From the NCBI GenBank assembly GCA_964187785.1, contig OZ076409.1, positions 98,148,001 to 98,212,000 of the forward strand: a stretch of DNA of 64,000 nt, read 5' to 3'. The notes under the pieces are model-generated. The model made no database searches. It was not told where the DNA came from and saw only the letters and a list, made by a program, of their open reading frames with translations. This DNA comes from Amphiscolops sp. MND2022 (lineage: Eukaryota). Shown piece by piece: positions 1-10,300 of the stretch; the stretch's first letter is position 1, and each line of letters begins with the position of its first letter. Made by a program: the position numbers and the translations under genes.

Positions 1-16
1 CTCGGCGTCGGAATGC

Positions 17-3000
17 ATGGCCTCGGAACAAATGAGTCACGAAGAACAAATCCGTGCAGCGTGGTATGCTCCTTCACCAAGCCAATTCGATGGCCTGAGC
101 CAAGACGACCAAGTCCGGGTAATATCGATAGCGGAAGATGGGGGTCCCTCCCGACCTATAGTAGTCACTTGTGGCGAGAAACAAGTACTCACCACGCTGG
201 AGGCACCCGCCCCAGATTGCACAGAAACACTTATCTCGATACACTTGCTTCTCTCGGCCGAGCAAAAAACGCGACCCACGCTGACGCTATCGCAACTAAA
301 GGAGGAATTGTGCAGAAACGTGAAATATACAATCGCAGCGCGACCGCTCCCGCATTTCGCAAGAGAAGACGAAACGAAACTGGCCCCAATACAGAAAGTC
401 AAAACCGTTTCTCCGGTGCCGGTAGCCATCAACGTAGACGGTGTAGATATGAAGCTTGACGCCATTGTAGTCTTAGAAGGTCACTTCCCTCAGGGATTGT
501 ACTTGGGCCGCCAGGAGTTACGATGTTATAATATTGGAGTGCAAGATGCCCAGGGGGAGGCTCGCATTGATGAACGGGCATCCCTGGTAGTTGCCTTTGG
601 CAATACAATCCAGGAACCAATACCCTTATACGGGATGATTGACACCGGTTCCGGTGTCTCCATTCTCTCCCTTAAGGCCTATCAAAAGATTGCATCACCC
701 CACGCCTTGAGCCTCCTACCTTACGACATCCAACTGTATGCCGCCAATGGTAAAACCATCAACACCATCGGAATTGCCGAAAATGTTAGCTTCCAGTTGT
801 GCGGGCATACCCTTCGAACCAATTTTATAGTCATCGCCGATCACCTAGGTGCGGAGGACTTCTTACTTGGCAGAAACTTCTTGCGCACTTACAACGTTCT
901 CGTGGACCTGACGGCCATGAGGGTCACCATACGAGACCCCAAAGCGCCACGTCACTTCAAACCCGTTCATGAGGTAAGTGACCATGAGCCATCCTTAGTG
1001 ATATCCACCGAAAAAGTAGTCCTAGGCCCTTATGAGCGTAAACTGGTGAGAGCCCAAATTATTTCTCAAAAGCACAATGAATACCTCTTCCGAAACGTAA
1101 TGATTCGCCCCCAGGGGGTACATAAACGATCCCCCTTTGTTTCAGAAGATACATTGACGTCTGTTGGAGATGAAGGCATTGTTTTCATAGCAGTACGAAA
1201 CACTACCACCTTTGAAAACATAACCATTCAAACCAAAACTGTCCTCGGTAAGGCAGAACCTACAAACTTTGTGTTACAACCTGTGGCTGCCGACACGGCA
1301 ACCGAAATTGATAAACCTTTGTTTGAACAAGTTAATAGAGTTTATACCGATGAGTGGTTGAACAAAACGAGTTCCGAATATAGTTCTTTTGCTCAAAATT
1401 TTTTGTCCTCTACTGAGATATCTGAAGAAGGATTGTCGGAAAGCGAGAAGCGTGCTCAGACTGACCCACAATTACTAAGACCTATACCAGGTCCAGACCT
1501 CTCTTCCGTCCTTTCTTCATGGGGGGAGGGAGCGAGAGATCAACTAGCAAGCGTCCTGAGTGAGTACGATGATCTTTTTATGAAGCATAAAGCTGACATA
1601 GGGAAGTGCAAAATAGCGAAACATCGTATAGAACTAGAGCCGGAAGCTATCCCGCATAGAGAAGGCGCTCGGCGCATGTCCCCAGATAAGGCAGCAAAGG
1701 CTAATCAAGAGGTGCGGAATTTGCTGGCCCTTGGTCTAATTCAACCATCCTATTCACCGTGGGCAAGCGGAATAGTCATGGTCAAAAAGAAAACAGGCGA
1801 ACTTCGCTTCTGCTGCGACTTCCGACCGCTCAACGACGTAACGGTCAAGGACGCGTTCCCATTGCCCAGGATTGATGAAAGTCTATCCCGGATAGGCAAA
1901 GCGAAAATTTTCACAAGTATTGACCTAGCGTGGGCCTTCTGGCAGATACCGCTAAAGAAGCGCGATAGAAGGAAAACAGCATTTGCCTGCGAACTGGGCT
2001 TGTTCGAATGGCGGCGCATGCCCTTTGGGCTGTGCAATGCCTCAGCCACATTTCAGCGTTCCATCACACGAGCCCTGCAACGGATTCAGCAACGACACGG
2101 GAGTGTCGTCATGGCCTACATTGACGATATCGTTATCGCCACGGAAACCATAGAAGACCACATCGCACGAATCAAGGAAGTAATCGAGTGTCTCCGAGAG
2201 GCTGGATTCAAAATGCGTGCCGAGAAATGTGACTTCATGCGCACGGAGACAAAGTACCTGGGACGAGTGGTATCCTCAGAAGGCATCAAACCAGACCCCG
2301 AAGCAGTAATCAAAATCCAAGAATGGATGCCCCCAAGAAGCAAAGAGGAGCTTCAGAGCTTCCTAGGGTTCGCGAACTATTACCGGGATTTTGTGCCGTT
2401 TCATGCAGCCAAGGTCCAACCCCTGCAGGAGTTGCTCAAGAAGAGTCAGCATTTCCACTGGGAAGTAAAACACCAAGAGGCCTTCGATGCAGTAAAAGAG
2501 GCACTAACAAATGCGACCGCCTTGGCAGCCCCAAACGAAGACGGACGGTTCGTGCTCGATACCGATGCTAGTGCGGTAGCGATAGCTGGAATCCTGCACC
2601 AGGAACAAGAACACAATGGGAAAACTATCTTACGGCCAATAGTCTTCGGGAGCAAGTCCCTGACGAAAACGCAACTGAACTATGGAGCACCCAAGTTGGA
2701 GATGTACGCAGTATTTTACTTCATAGAGAAATTCCACTCGTATCTCGCAGGCCGAGAGTTCACGCTCCGCGTGGACAACCAGGCCCTGTCGTGGCTTAAA
2801 ACGTACTCCATGGACCAAGCCATGATAGGTCGCTGGATAGCCCGCCTGGATCAATATAACTTCAAGACGATCCACCGACCTCGCACACAGCATCGAAACG
2901 TGGACGGCCTCAGCAAACGGACCAACGACTATGTGCACCCAGAGAAAATCCTTGAGAAGTTACCGGAAGTGAGTGAAGGATTCAACTTCATGACCAAGGA

Positions 3001-6000
3001 AGACTATGAAGCACTCCCCACCGTGCCATACTTTGATAAACACGGACGCCTAATACCAAACCATCCAGAGCTTCCGCCGGAAGCTCGAGCCCAACTCCCA
3101 CTGCTGTATATCTTGGGAAAAAGGCCCAAAACGAGCTTGCAAGAACCCCCGGTGAGTGATGCCCCGTGGTACCCCCAAATACAGTGGGAAACGACACCCA
3201 CCATCGATGAGGATCACCGACCGAGTCACATCCTCAGTATCACAACCGGAATACCACCGGCACGCCTAGACACTGGAGAACCTGATCCTGTGCTTGAAGG
3301 GATGCCACCCGAATGCCAAAGACAAGCCCACGCCCTCAGAACAATCGGGACAGAGCTGCACGAACACTTTCTAACTAGACGTGGTCTTAAGGACCTGCAC
3401 CTAGCACAAAATAGGGACGTGCACCTCCTGGCGCTGAGGAAACTCATGAACGGCGAACCTCTGGAGGACACAATATTCCCCGAAGACGTGCAAGACTTCG
3501 CGCGACGCTACTTCCATCAAAAGAAAGACCTGCTCTTCCTGAACCCAGACGACATCCTCTGCGTCAACTATGTTCCGCAACAACGTGCGCTGCACGTGCG
3601 ACCGTGCATGATAGTCATGACCCAACTATACCAACACGAGATTCTGTATAGGGCACACGACGAATCGGGACATCAGGGCGTAGGGAAGGTGCTAGCAAGA
3701 GTACAAGAGCGGCACACCTGGCCGGGCATCAAGCGTGACATAGTCAATCACATCAAGCACTGCTTAACCTGCCAGCAAACTAAACACCCCGCCGGGAACC
3801 CCTGCTACCCCTTGCAGAACACTAACAGCAGCAATTTCAATGACTTGGTACAATTCGACCACCTCAAACTATGCAAGACCGAATCGGGAAACACCGGTCT
3901 CTTGGTCATGATAGACCACTTCACGAAATTCGCCGAGGCTGTCCCGTGTGCCCACGACGAATATGATGCCCAAACCACAGCTAAGATCATCCTTAATAAA
4001 TGGTTTGCCAGACACGGCACTCCAGCACGCATGCAGTCCGACAATGCCACGAATTTCACAGCTGAAATCGCACAGGAGCTAATGAAAGCTTCGCAGGTAA
4101 CAAAAGTGACATCCACACCAGCGCACCCCCGAGGAAATGGACTCGTGGAGAGGCAGAACCGAACATTACTCACACTGCTCAGAGTCTACACATCGCGACG
4201 AATGCAGGATTGGGATGAGCACATTGATGGAATCCTCGGTGCTTACAATTCAACTAGACACGCAACGGGATTCTCTCCCTATATGCTCCAACATGGAGCC
4301 GAAAAATCCATTCCCTTGTCGTTCATCTACCCAAAATTTGCTGCGCGAGGATTCGACTCCAAAGAAGAATTTGTAGAACACCTTCTAGCCAGACAACAAG
4401 AAATCCATGAACTTGTCAGAAGAAATACACACCAGGCACAGCTACGGCAAAAGCTGAAATTTGACCGCCACCTGAAGGCCAAAGCGCACGCCGTAGGCGA
4501 TGCAGTGTGGGTATTCTGCCACATCATACCCAAGGGTGGCACCCGCAAGCTGATTCGCGCATGGCGTGGACCCCACAAGGTGACTGACGTGTTGCAGGAC
4601 GGACGATTATATGTGTTAGACACTGGCCAAAAGGTCCATTACGAAAGATTAAAAAAACACGTGCCCGCCCCTTGGGACTGGGCCGCACACCAGCCCTTTG
4701 GGCCGGATCAAAACGTAGCCATCATTGCTGATCCGTACGTAGAAGAAAGCAATGAGGAGATAGCGTCCGACATCTCTCAAGACTCTTTTCTACCGGAACA
4801 ACTTTCGGAAGCATCGTTCGAAATGGAACCAACAGGATCGATTCCACCTCGTACCATTCAGACTCGTACCCAAACGGCACTCGAGCAAGGAATACCCCGA
4901 AGAAGATTCAGCCACTTCGGATACCCCTCTGACTCAGATTCCGAAAGAGAAGAAAATGAACCGCCGATCCAGAGCCCAGCACCGCCAGTAGTGTTCCCCG
5001 ACTTGGACGACCTAGAACCTCTGTACTCCGACCAGGAGGAAATTCAGCCAGCCGCACCTACAAATCTGATACCATCACCCTCAGGGACCTCGGCCCCACT
5101 ACTATCCAATCCGTCCCTGACGGATACCCTGAGTAACTTTCCCTTGTTTGGCCCCCGATTGGAGGACCCAATCGGTCCGATGGAAATTAAACCAAGGTCA
5201 GAAACTGAAGACGAAGGAGAAATAGTCCATCGCAGTCCAAACCAATGCTCAACACAACCCGATACCACGAATCGCAGAGGACGGCCTCGAGGCCGACCAC
5301 CAGGTCGAGGACGACCCCGCGCCATACCATCCAGTAGAACCACGACATCGTCGCGAACTCAAACCGCACGATCCAGAAGAGGCCCTAGGACGAGAATGAG
5401 CACTCGTGCACCCCCTCGAAGGCTAGACCGAGCAATGACTCTACCAGAAATACCCGAAAGCCAACAACCACCTGAGGTCCAGAATTCAGAACCGAGACCA
5501 TCATCGCAAACATCACGATATCAACTGCGAGCTAATAGAGCACCACGATACAAGTGTGGAACCTGTGGTTCCCGCAACTGTAGTTGCGTCAAGCAACTGA
5601 CTCGCGATTCACCGGACAACCGATTGGCCCGGGGAGCGGTAGTCCCTGCCAGGGATCTCCTGATGGCCAGGACACATTATCACCCACAACATGAGATCTT
5701 GACTGTACAAGCCCAGCGAGAAAAAGTGGAGACCCCTCCGCTAGTACACCATTTAATCATCACGGTAGAAAAAACATTCACTGGTGTGGAACGAGAAGTG
5801 ATACCACCGCTGGAAGAAACACTCAAAGCAATGCACGCGACATCTCCCTCCGACTGCCCCACTTACCGATTCAAGGAATGGACACCACCCCACCGAGGCG
5901 GTCTAGAATTCACCCTACATGCCATCATACCGCCCTTGCCACCCTCAATAACGTTCGGCGAGCTAGCGAAAGAGGATAGTAGCCCGGAGATGATTCGCTG

Positions 6001-6991
6001 TATCACTGCACACCAACTGTGGGAGAAATATCGCATTGCCTCCCCGCCGGGAGACATATACCAGCCCACCAATGGATGGTGGCTACTCGTCACTTCTCTA
6101 GACGCAACGACATTGGTATCTCCCACAACTCTATTAATGTGCTTAGAAAGCTTGCGTACTGTAACAGAACCTGAGAATACGCTCTGTTTCCACATGGCCG
6201 ACATTTATCGTGGCAAGTTCCTAAGCCAACATTGGCTACAATTAATAGCGGTCATCTTCTGCCGACAGGCGAAGATACACTTCTTGGATCGGCAATCTTA
6301 TACGCCGGAAAAACCCGTCACAGTTAGCGAAGCACTCTCGATAGTACACGATTGGTCATCTACCAACATGGGAGATAGACCGCTACGCCGAACCGTCTGG
6401 GAAGACCGCAATGCAATCTTGCAGCATTTAGCACCCCAACCCACTGATGATCAGAGCAATACCACCGGCAAATGGCTCATAACCCAGCCCAAAACCAGAC
6501 CGAACTACCTGCCTTGGATAACTTATGACAATACAGATATCCTGCAGGCACCTGGCACTGTGATACTATGCTGCCCTGCGGATTTGCTCTCTTACTCTGC
6601 CACGATCCGTTATGTTATTCGCGAATACGGTCAAGAAAACATATTTCGCCTAAGACCGTCAGTTGGCACCGCAATTCGCTTAGTCCGCTCGCCAACTGCA
6701 CCCTGGAATAACGAAATCTTCCTTCTATGTACCAGAGCATCGAATAAGCATCCACTCTTACATGAAGTACTCCATGCGTGTTTGACAAATTTGATAACCC
6801 AGCTCCATCGAAACCACATTACCAGAATCCACTTGCCCATATATGATCCCGAGCGATCGATGAACCTCCTACCAGCCTGGTTCGCCACGCTACGCGACCA
6901 CTTTGCAGACCATAATATTGCAATAATCTTGCACGATCGCGTCTATGTCACGATAGCATCGGTGACCTCAGCCAATTTTGGCGGTAGTTAA
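17..6991 (+). CDS. pol: Gypsy Pol polyprotein with long C-terminal extension; frame is open to the window edge so the true start is probably upstream
   Basis: Protease IDTGSGVS...FLLGRNFL; RT motifs LRFCCDFR, MPFGL, YIDD; RNase H VLDTDAS...LEMYAV...VDNQAL; integrase HHCC (AHDESGH...CLTC) and DDE (FDH, SDN, VE). Confidence 0.95.
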   Translation: MASEQMSHEEQIRAAWYAPSPSQFDGLSQDDQVRVISIAEDGGPSRPIVVTCGEKQVLTTLEAPAPDCTETLISIHLLLSAEQKTRPTLTLSQLKEELCRNVKYTIAARPLPHFAREDETKLAPIQKVKTVSPVPVAINVDGVDMKLDAIVVLEGHFPQGLYLGRQELRCYNIGVQDAQGEARIDERASLVVAFGNTIQEPIPLYGMIDTGSGVSILSLKAYQKIASPHALSLLPYDIQLYAANGKTINTIGIAENVSFQLCGHTLRTNFIVIADHLGAEDFLLGRNFLRTYNVLVDLTAMRVTIRDPKAPRHFKPVHEVSDHEPSLVISTEKVVLGPYERKLVRAQIISQKHNEYLFRNVMIRPQGVHKRSPFVSEDTLTSVGDEGIVFIAVRNTTTFENITIQTKTVLGKAEPTNFVLQPVAADTATEIDKPLFEQVNRVYTDEWLNKTSSEYSSFAQNFLSSTEISEEGLSESEKRAQTDPQLLRPIPGPDLSSVLSSWGEGARDQLASVLSEYDDLFMKHKADIGKCKIAKHRIELEPEAIPHREGARRMSPDKAAKANQEVRNLLALGLIQPSYSPWASGIVMVKKKTGELRFCCDFRPLNDVTVKDAFPLPRIDESLSRIGKAKIFTSIDLAWAFWQIPLKKRDRRKTAFACELGLFEWRRMPFGLCNASATFQRSITRALQRIQQRHGSVVMAYIDDIVIATETIEDHIARIKEVIECLREAGFKMRAEKCDFMRTETKYLGRVVSSEGIKPDPEAVIKIQEWMPPRSKEELQSFLGFANYYRDFVPFHAAKVQPLQELLKKSQHFHWEVKHQEAFDAVKEALTNATALAAPNEDGRFVLDTDASAVAIAGILHQEQEHNGKTILRPIVFGSKSLTKTQLNYGAPKLEMYAVFYFIEKFHSYLAGREFTLRVDNQALSWLKTYSMDQAMIGRWIARLDQYNFKTIHRPRTQHRNVDGLSKRTNDYVHPEKILEKLPEVSEGFNFMTKEDYEALPTVPYFDKHGRLIPNHPELPPEARAQLPLLYILGKRPKTSLQEPPVSDAPWYPQIQWETTPTIDEDHRPSHILSITTGIPPARLDTGEPDPVLEGMPPECQRQAHALRTIGTELHEHFLTRRGLKDLHLAQNRDVHLLALRKLMNGEPLEDTIFPEDVQDFARRYFHQKKDLLFLNPDDILCVNYVPQQRALHVRPCMIVMTQLYQHEILYRAHDESGHQGVGKVLARVQERHTWPGIKRDIVNHIKHCLTCQQTKHPAGNPCYPLQNTNSSNFNDLVQFDHLKLCKTESGNTGLLVMIDHFTKFAEAVPCAHDEYDAQTTAKIILNKWFARHGTPARMQSDNATNFTAEIAQELMKASQVTKVTSTPAHPRGNGLVERQNRTLLTLLRVYTSRRMQDWDEHIDGILGAYNSTRHATGFSPYMLQHGAEKSIPLSFIYPKFAARGFDSKEEFVEHLLARQQEIHELVRRNTHQAQLRQKLKFDRHLKAKAHAVGDAVWVFCHIIPKGGTRKLIRAWRGPHKVTDVLQDGRLYVLDTGQKVHYERLKKHVPAPWDWAAHQPFGPDQNVAIIADPYVEESNEEIASDISQDSFLPEQLSEASFEMEPTGSIPPRTIQTRTQTALEQGIPRRRFSHFGYPSDSDSEREENEPPIQSPAPPVVFPDLDDLEPLYSDQEEIQPAAPTNLIPSPSGTSAPLLSNPSLTDTLSNFPLFGPRLEDPIGPMEIKPRSETEDEGEIVHRSPNQCSTQPDTTNRRGRPRGRPPGRGRPRAIPSSRTTTSSRTQTARSRRGPRTRMSTRAPPRRLDRAMTLPEIPESQQPPEVQNSEPRPSSQTSRYQLRANRAPRYKCGTCGSRNCSCVKQLTRDSPDNRLARGAVVPARDLLMARTHYHPQHEILTVQAQREKVETPPLVHHLIITVEKTFTGVEREVIPPLEETLKAMHATSPSDCPTYRFKEWTPPHRGGLEFTLHAIIPPLPPSITFGELAKEDSSPEMIRCITAHQLWEKYRIASPPGDIYQPTNGWWLLVTSLDATTLVSPTTLLMCLESLRTVTEPENTLCFHMADIYRGKFLSQHWLQLIAVIFCRQAKIHFLDRQSYTPEKPVTVSEALSIVHDWSSTNMGDRPLRRTVWEDRNAILQHLAPQPTDDQSNTTGKWLITQPKTRPNYLPWITYDNTDILQAPGTVILCCPADLLSYSATIRYVIREYGQENIFRLRPSVGTAIRLVRSPTAPWNNEIFLLCTRASNKHPLLHEVLHACLTNLITQLHRNHITRIHLPIYDPERSMNLLPAWFATLRDHFADHNIAIILHDRVYVTIASVTSANFGGS
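6518..6940 (+). other. C-terminal macro domain (TARG1/OARD1/Poa1p-like) within ORF1
   Basis: ITYDNTDIL..VILCCPAD..IFLLCTR..LHACLTNL..ITRIHLP..HFADHNIAIILH follows the TARG1 pattern ITYVKGDLF..LAHCISED..IYYLITK..LQKSLEAM..VTDLSMP..VFEATDIKITVY; by-eye alignment. Confidence 0.7.
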
Positions 6992-7322
6992 GAACACGTC
7001 TCGCTCTCTTCTTGGCAGATCAGGCCACTGGCCTTTTGCATTGCCTTTCGTAATTTCGAAGCACCTTAAAATTTTAACAACGACGCGCCAATAAGCGCAA
7101 ATTTTAGTAATAACCACTAGAAACTTTTTAACCTTGTGTTTGAGTGTTCGTCCTAAAAAGTTCGACTGCCCACCCGTTTATGTAACGTTTTATCTCCAAC
7201 TGTGACCTGTTTTTCAGTTTTGTCCTGTTGCCTCGCCTCTGCGCGGCCCCCCTACTTATCACGCCAAATCAGTCTTGCCATCACAATCTTCGGTGCTAAA
7301 CATTCCTTTATCATCGTTTCCA

Positions 7323-10300
7323 ATGGACCCATCTGCGCGACACCGCCTACCTGCACCCCAGAACGCTGCGCGTGCCCAACCATCCACAAGGAACGATCCA
7401 CCTCCAATGATGAGCGAAATAGATGGTCGAGTCGACCAACTAGCTCTTGTCCAAGACACTCTACTAAACGGAGCGACACCCACAATGATCGCTGGCTTTG
7501 CCATGATCATCGCCCAAACCCAAGCTCAGGCAGAATACCCTGATGTTAGCTTCACCATCACCAGCCGAGTCGGCCCGATAGAACGCTCTGCCACTTTTCG
7601 CGACGGTACCTGGCAAGGGTATGTCTTGACCCACAGCCTCATAGATCCTCGCTCCCACTTAGTCTATGGAGAGCCTACTAGGCCTCCCATGGACCAAGAA
7701 CGATCACTACGCATTTCACAATCAGCACTACAGACGCAAACTACGACCCCGTTGCCCTCACCGCACCCGGTGCAATTCAGCTGCACACTGCCAATCATGC
7801 CACCCCCAGTGCTAACACCGCCCATGCCCCTGGCATCGGAAGGCATTCGACTACTCACCACCCCATCTTCTACCTTCTTGCCTCCATCTACCTTTCAGGG
7901 GGGAGGGGTGCAAGTAGACAATACAACAAATGCTACCCTGAGCGAAGAACAGCCCAGGAGAACGGTGACGTTCAAGGATTCATATGAAGAATTAACTCAA
8001 ACATCCTCCAGAACCGAATCACAAGTCTCGGAACCTCTACAAGTCTCAGAACCGGCCAGCCTAGTAGGCTTCCAGATGGACCCACAATTCCGAGAACGTC
8101 AGCGAGAACAACAGAAAGCTGAAAGTAAGGCGGCCAACACTGTGGTAGACCTCCGGGAGAAAATTAAAGCTGGAAAGCGAGCCAGAGAGGCGACCACGCA
8201 AGGTAGACAATCGAGCTCGACCAGTATCCCGCAACCCCCGTCTACCTCACCCACACAACCAGAAATAAGGAGACCTAGAATAACGCACGAACTCCTAACA
8301 CATGCAGAAAAACGGCAGCTGGATATCACTGCACGCGACGCACTGCGTCTCCAGCGGGAAATACCAACCACAACGTCACCAGAAGACCCTCTACGACAGA
8401 AGTTCGAGATCGCTACGGGAACAGGGGACCTCGCCACAAGGCAGAAAATAGAGAAAGCCACAGTGGGAGTACTCTACAATCGCCCCGTCAAGAAACCCGT
8501 GTTCACTCGAGACGGATGCCCCCCATGGTTTAACCGCATGCGAGCAGAACTGGAGAGAGTAAACTCAACATACATGCGTGTTCCTGACAACTTCCTCCGA
8601 CAGCGCCCTGGCCGCTTCGACGAAGACCGCTTGCGAACTAAGAACTATGCGAGGGACCCCATTACAATCCTGCCCATGGGAAAGGACCTCTTACAGAAAA
8701 CCAGAATAGCCTTCTTCGTCGACTCGACGATGAAGTCTTCATTCAACTCCCACAATACCCTCATGGACGTCAGAATACTGAACATGCCCTGTACAACACT
8801 GAACGAAATGGCAGAGGTGACCGATAAAATATTCACCCAAGCGGGAACAGAGACTATCCCACTACCTCCGTTGTTGGTATATTCGAATGTGATAGACCAC
8901 CTCGCTCTGCGAGGGACCCTGGAATTCTTCCGGCCAGACCATGAAAGGTTTACCGAGGGGTTCATCACCGACGAGGTAACCAACTACGTGGAGACGATGG
9001 CGAATATTGCCCAAGCTATGCGCAGAAAGAAGGCTACCACTGGAACGGTGTTTATGTCACCTCCAGGCTACGTGCACCTTCCCCGGACCCTTCATCAATT
9101 CTTGTACCTAATAATGGAGGCAGCGTACGCAAGAGATCTGGCTTTCTACATTGTGGCCCCTAATTTACGCATCAGTAATAATAGCTGGCGCCCCTGTGAA
9201 GCCTCATACCCAGCCTTCATTGCTGAGGTCTCAAAGGCCCTTCAATCATACGTCGGTTACCGCGGCAATTCCCAAATGATAGTAGATGAAGCAACAGCGT
9301 TCGATTATGGGATGGAAATGGCTCGTCGATCATTGAACGAGCGTGGAGACCGAATCGTGAATGATCCAAATGAAAGTGAGCGCAATAACCTGGTGGATAA
9401 CCTCTGGTTTGAACGCCGGGACGAATCGACTATAGACGAGAAAACGCATGAGCCCAAGTTCCACAAGGAACTCACGAGTCTGATGAAGGAAACCGAAACG
9501 ATTCAAGGTGATAGAAAGAATTCCTCTATCTTCCCTATAGCACAAATATCATTGGACGCTGAACCTGGGCAAAGATCACCCACATTAGCCATGCTGTTGA
9601 TACTGGCTCAAGATATTGTACGAAGGAATATTCAAGAGCCGACACACACGTACCAAACATGGCACAATCAACTGCGAGAACCTCTGGGCCAAGTCGCGGA
9701 CCGACTAGGCATAACATTTCCCGTATTTCTCCACAACATCTCTCCCTTCTGGCTTCCTTCCCTAGTACAGGCCGAGTACGGCCTGGATGAGCAGCGAATG
9801 CGACTATACATGGAGGCCATGGAAAGAGCGACCATTAGTGAAATGCTAGCGTATTTGATGGCCGTGAGGTTGACCATGATGTACCGAGGACCGTCAGCCC
9901 TCATACAAAAGTTCGTGCTCAACAAGGGAGGCTCAGCCCTGTTCAGCTTCCTGGTCTTTTCGCAGAATCAAAGAAGTTGGATATCTGCGCTCATTGAAAC
10001 TCTGGACCCAGCGGGTTCCTTGAAGTTAAAAGCACAACTAGACCTAAACATTCAAGCAATTCTGGTGTGGATTTATTCCACCTGGGTCAATGTCTCTGGC
10101 GTTATGCATCCTCTGGATGAGTGCCCAGCTATTAACCGAGACCCCAATCAGCTTCCAGGGTTCCTGTTCCCTACACAAATTGCAACGTTGATGCTCGTGG
10201 AAACAGAGGACCTGATACCCCTCATTGCTCCTGTAATCTGGCCTATCTTCGGCGCAGTTATGGCCCTGCGCTATCCAACGCAGGCCCTGCGAGTGGCAGC

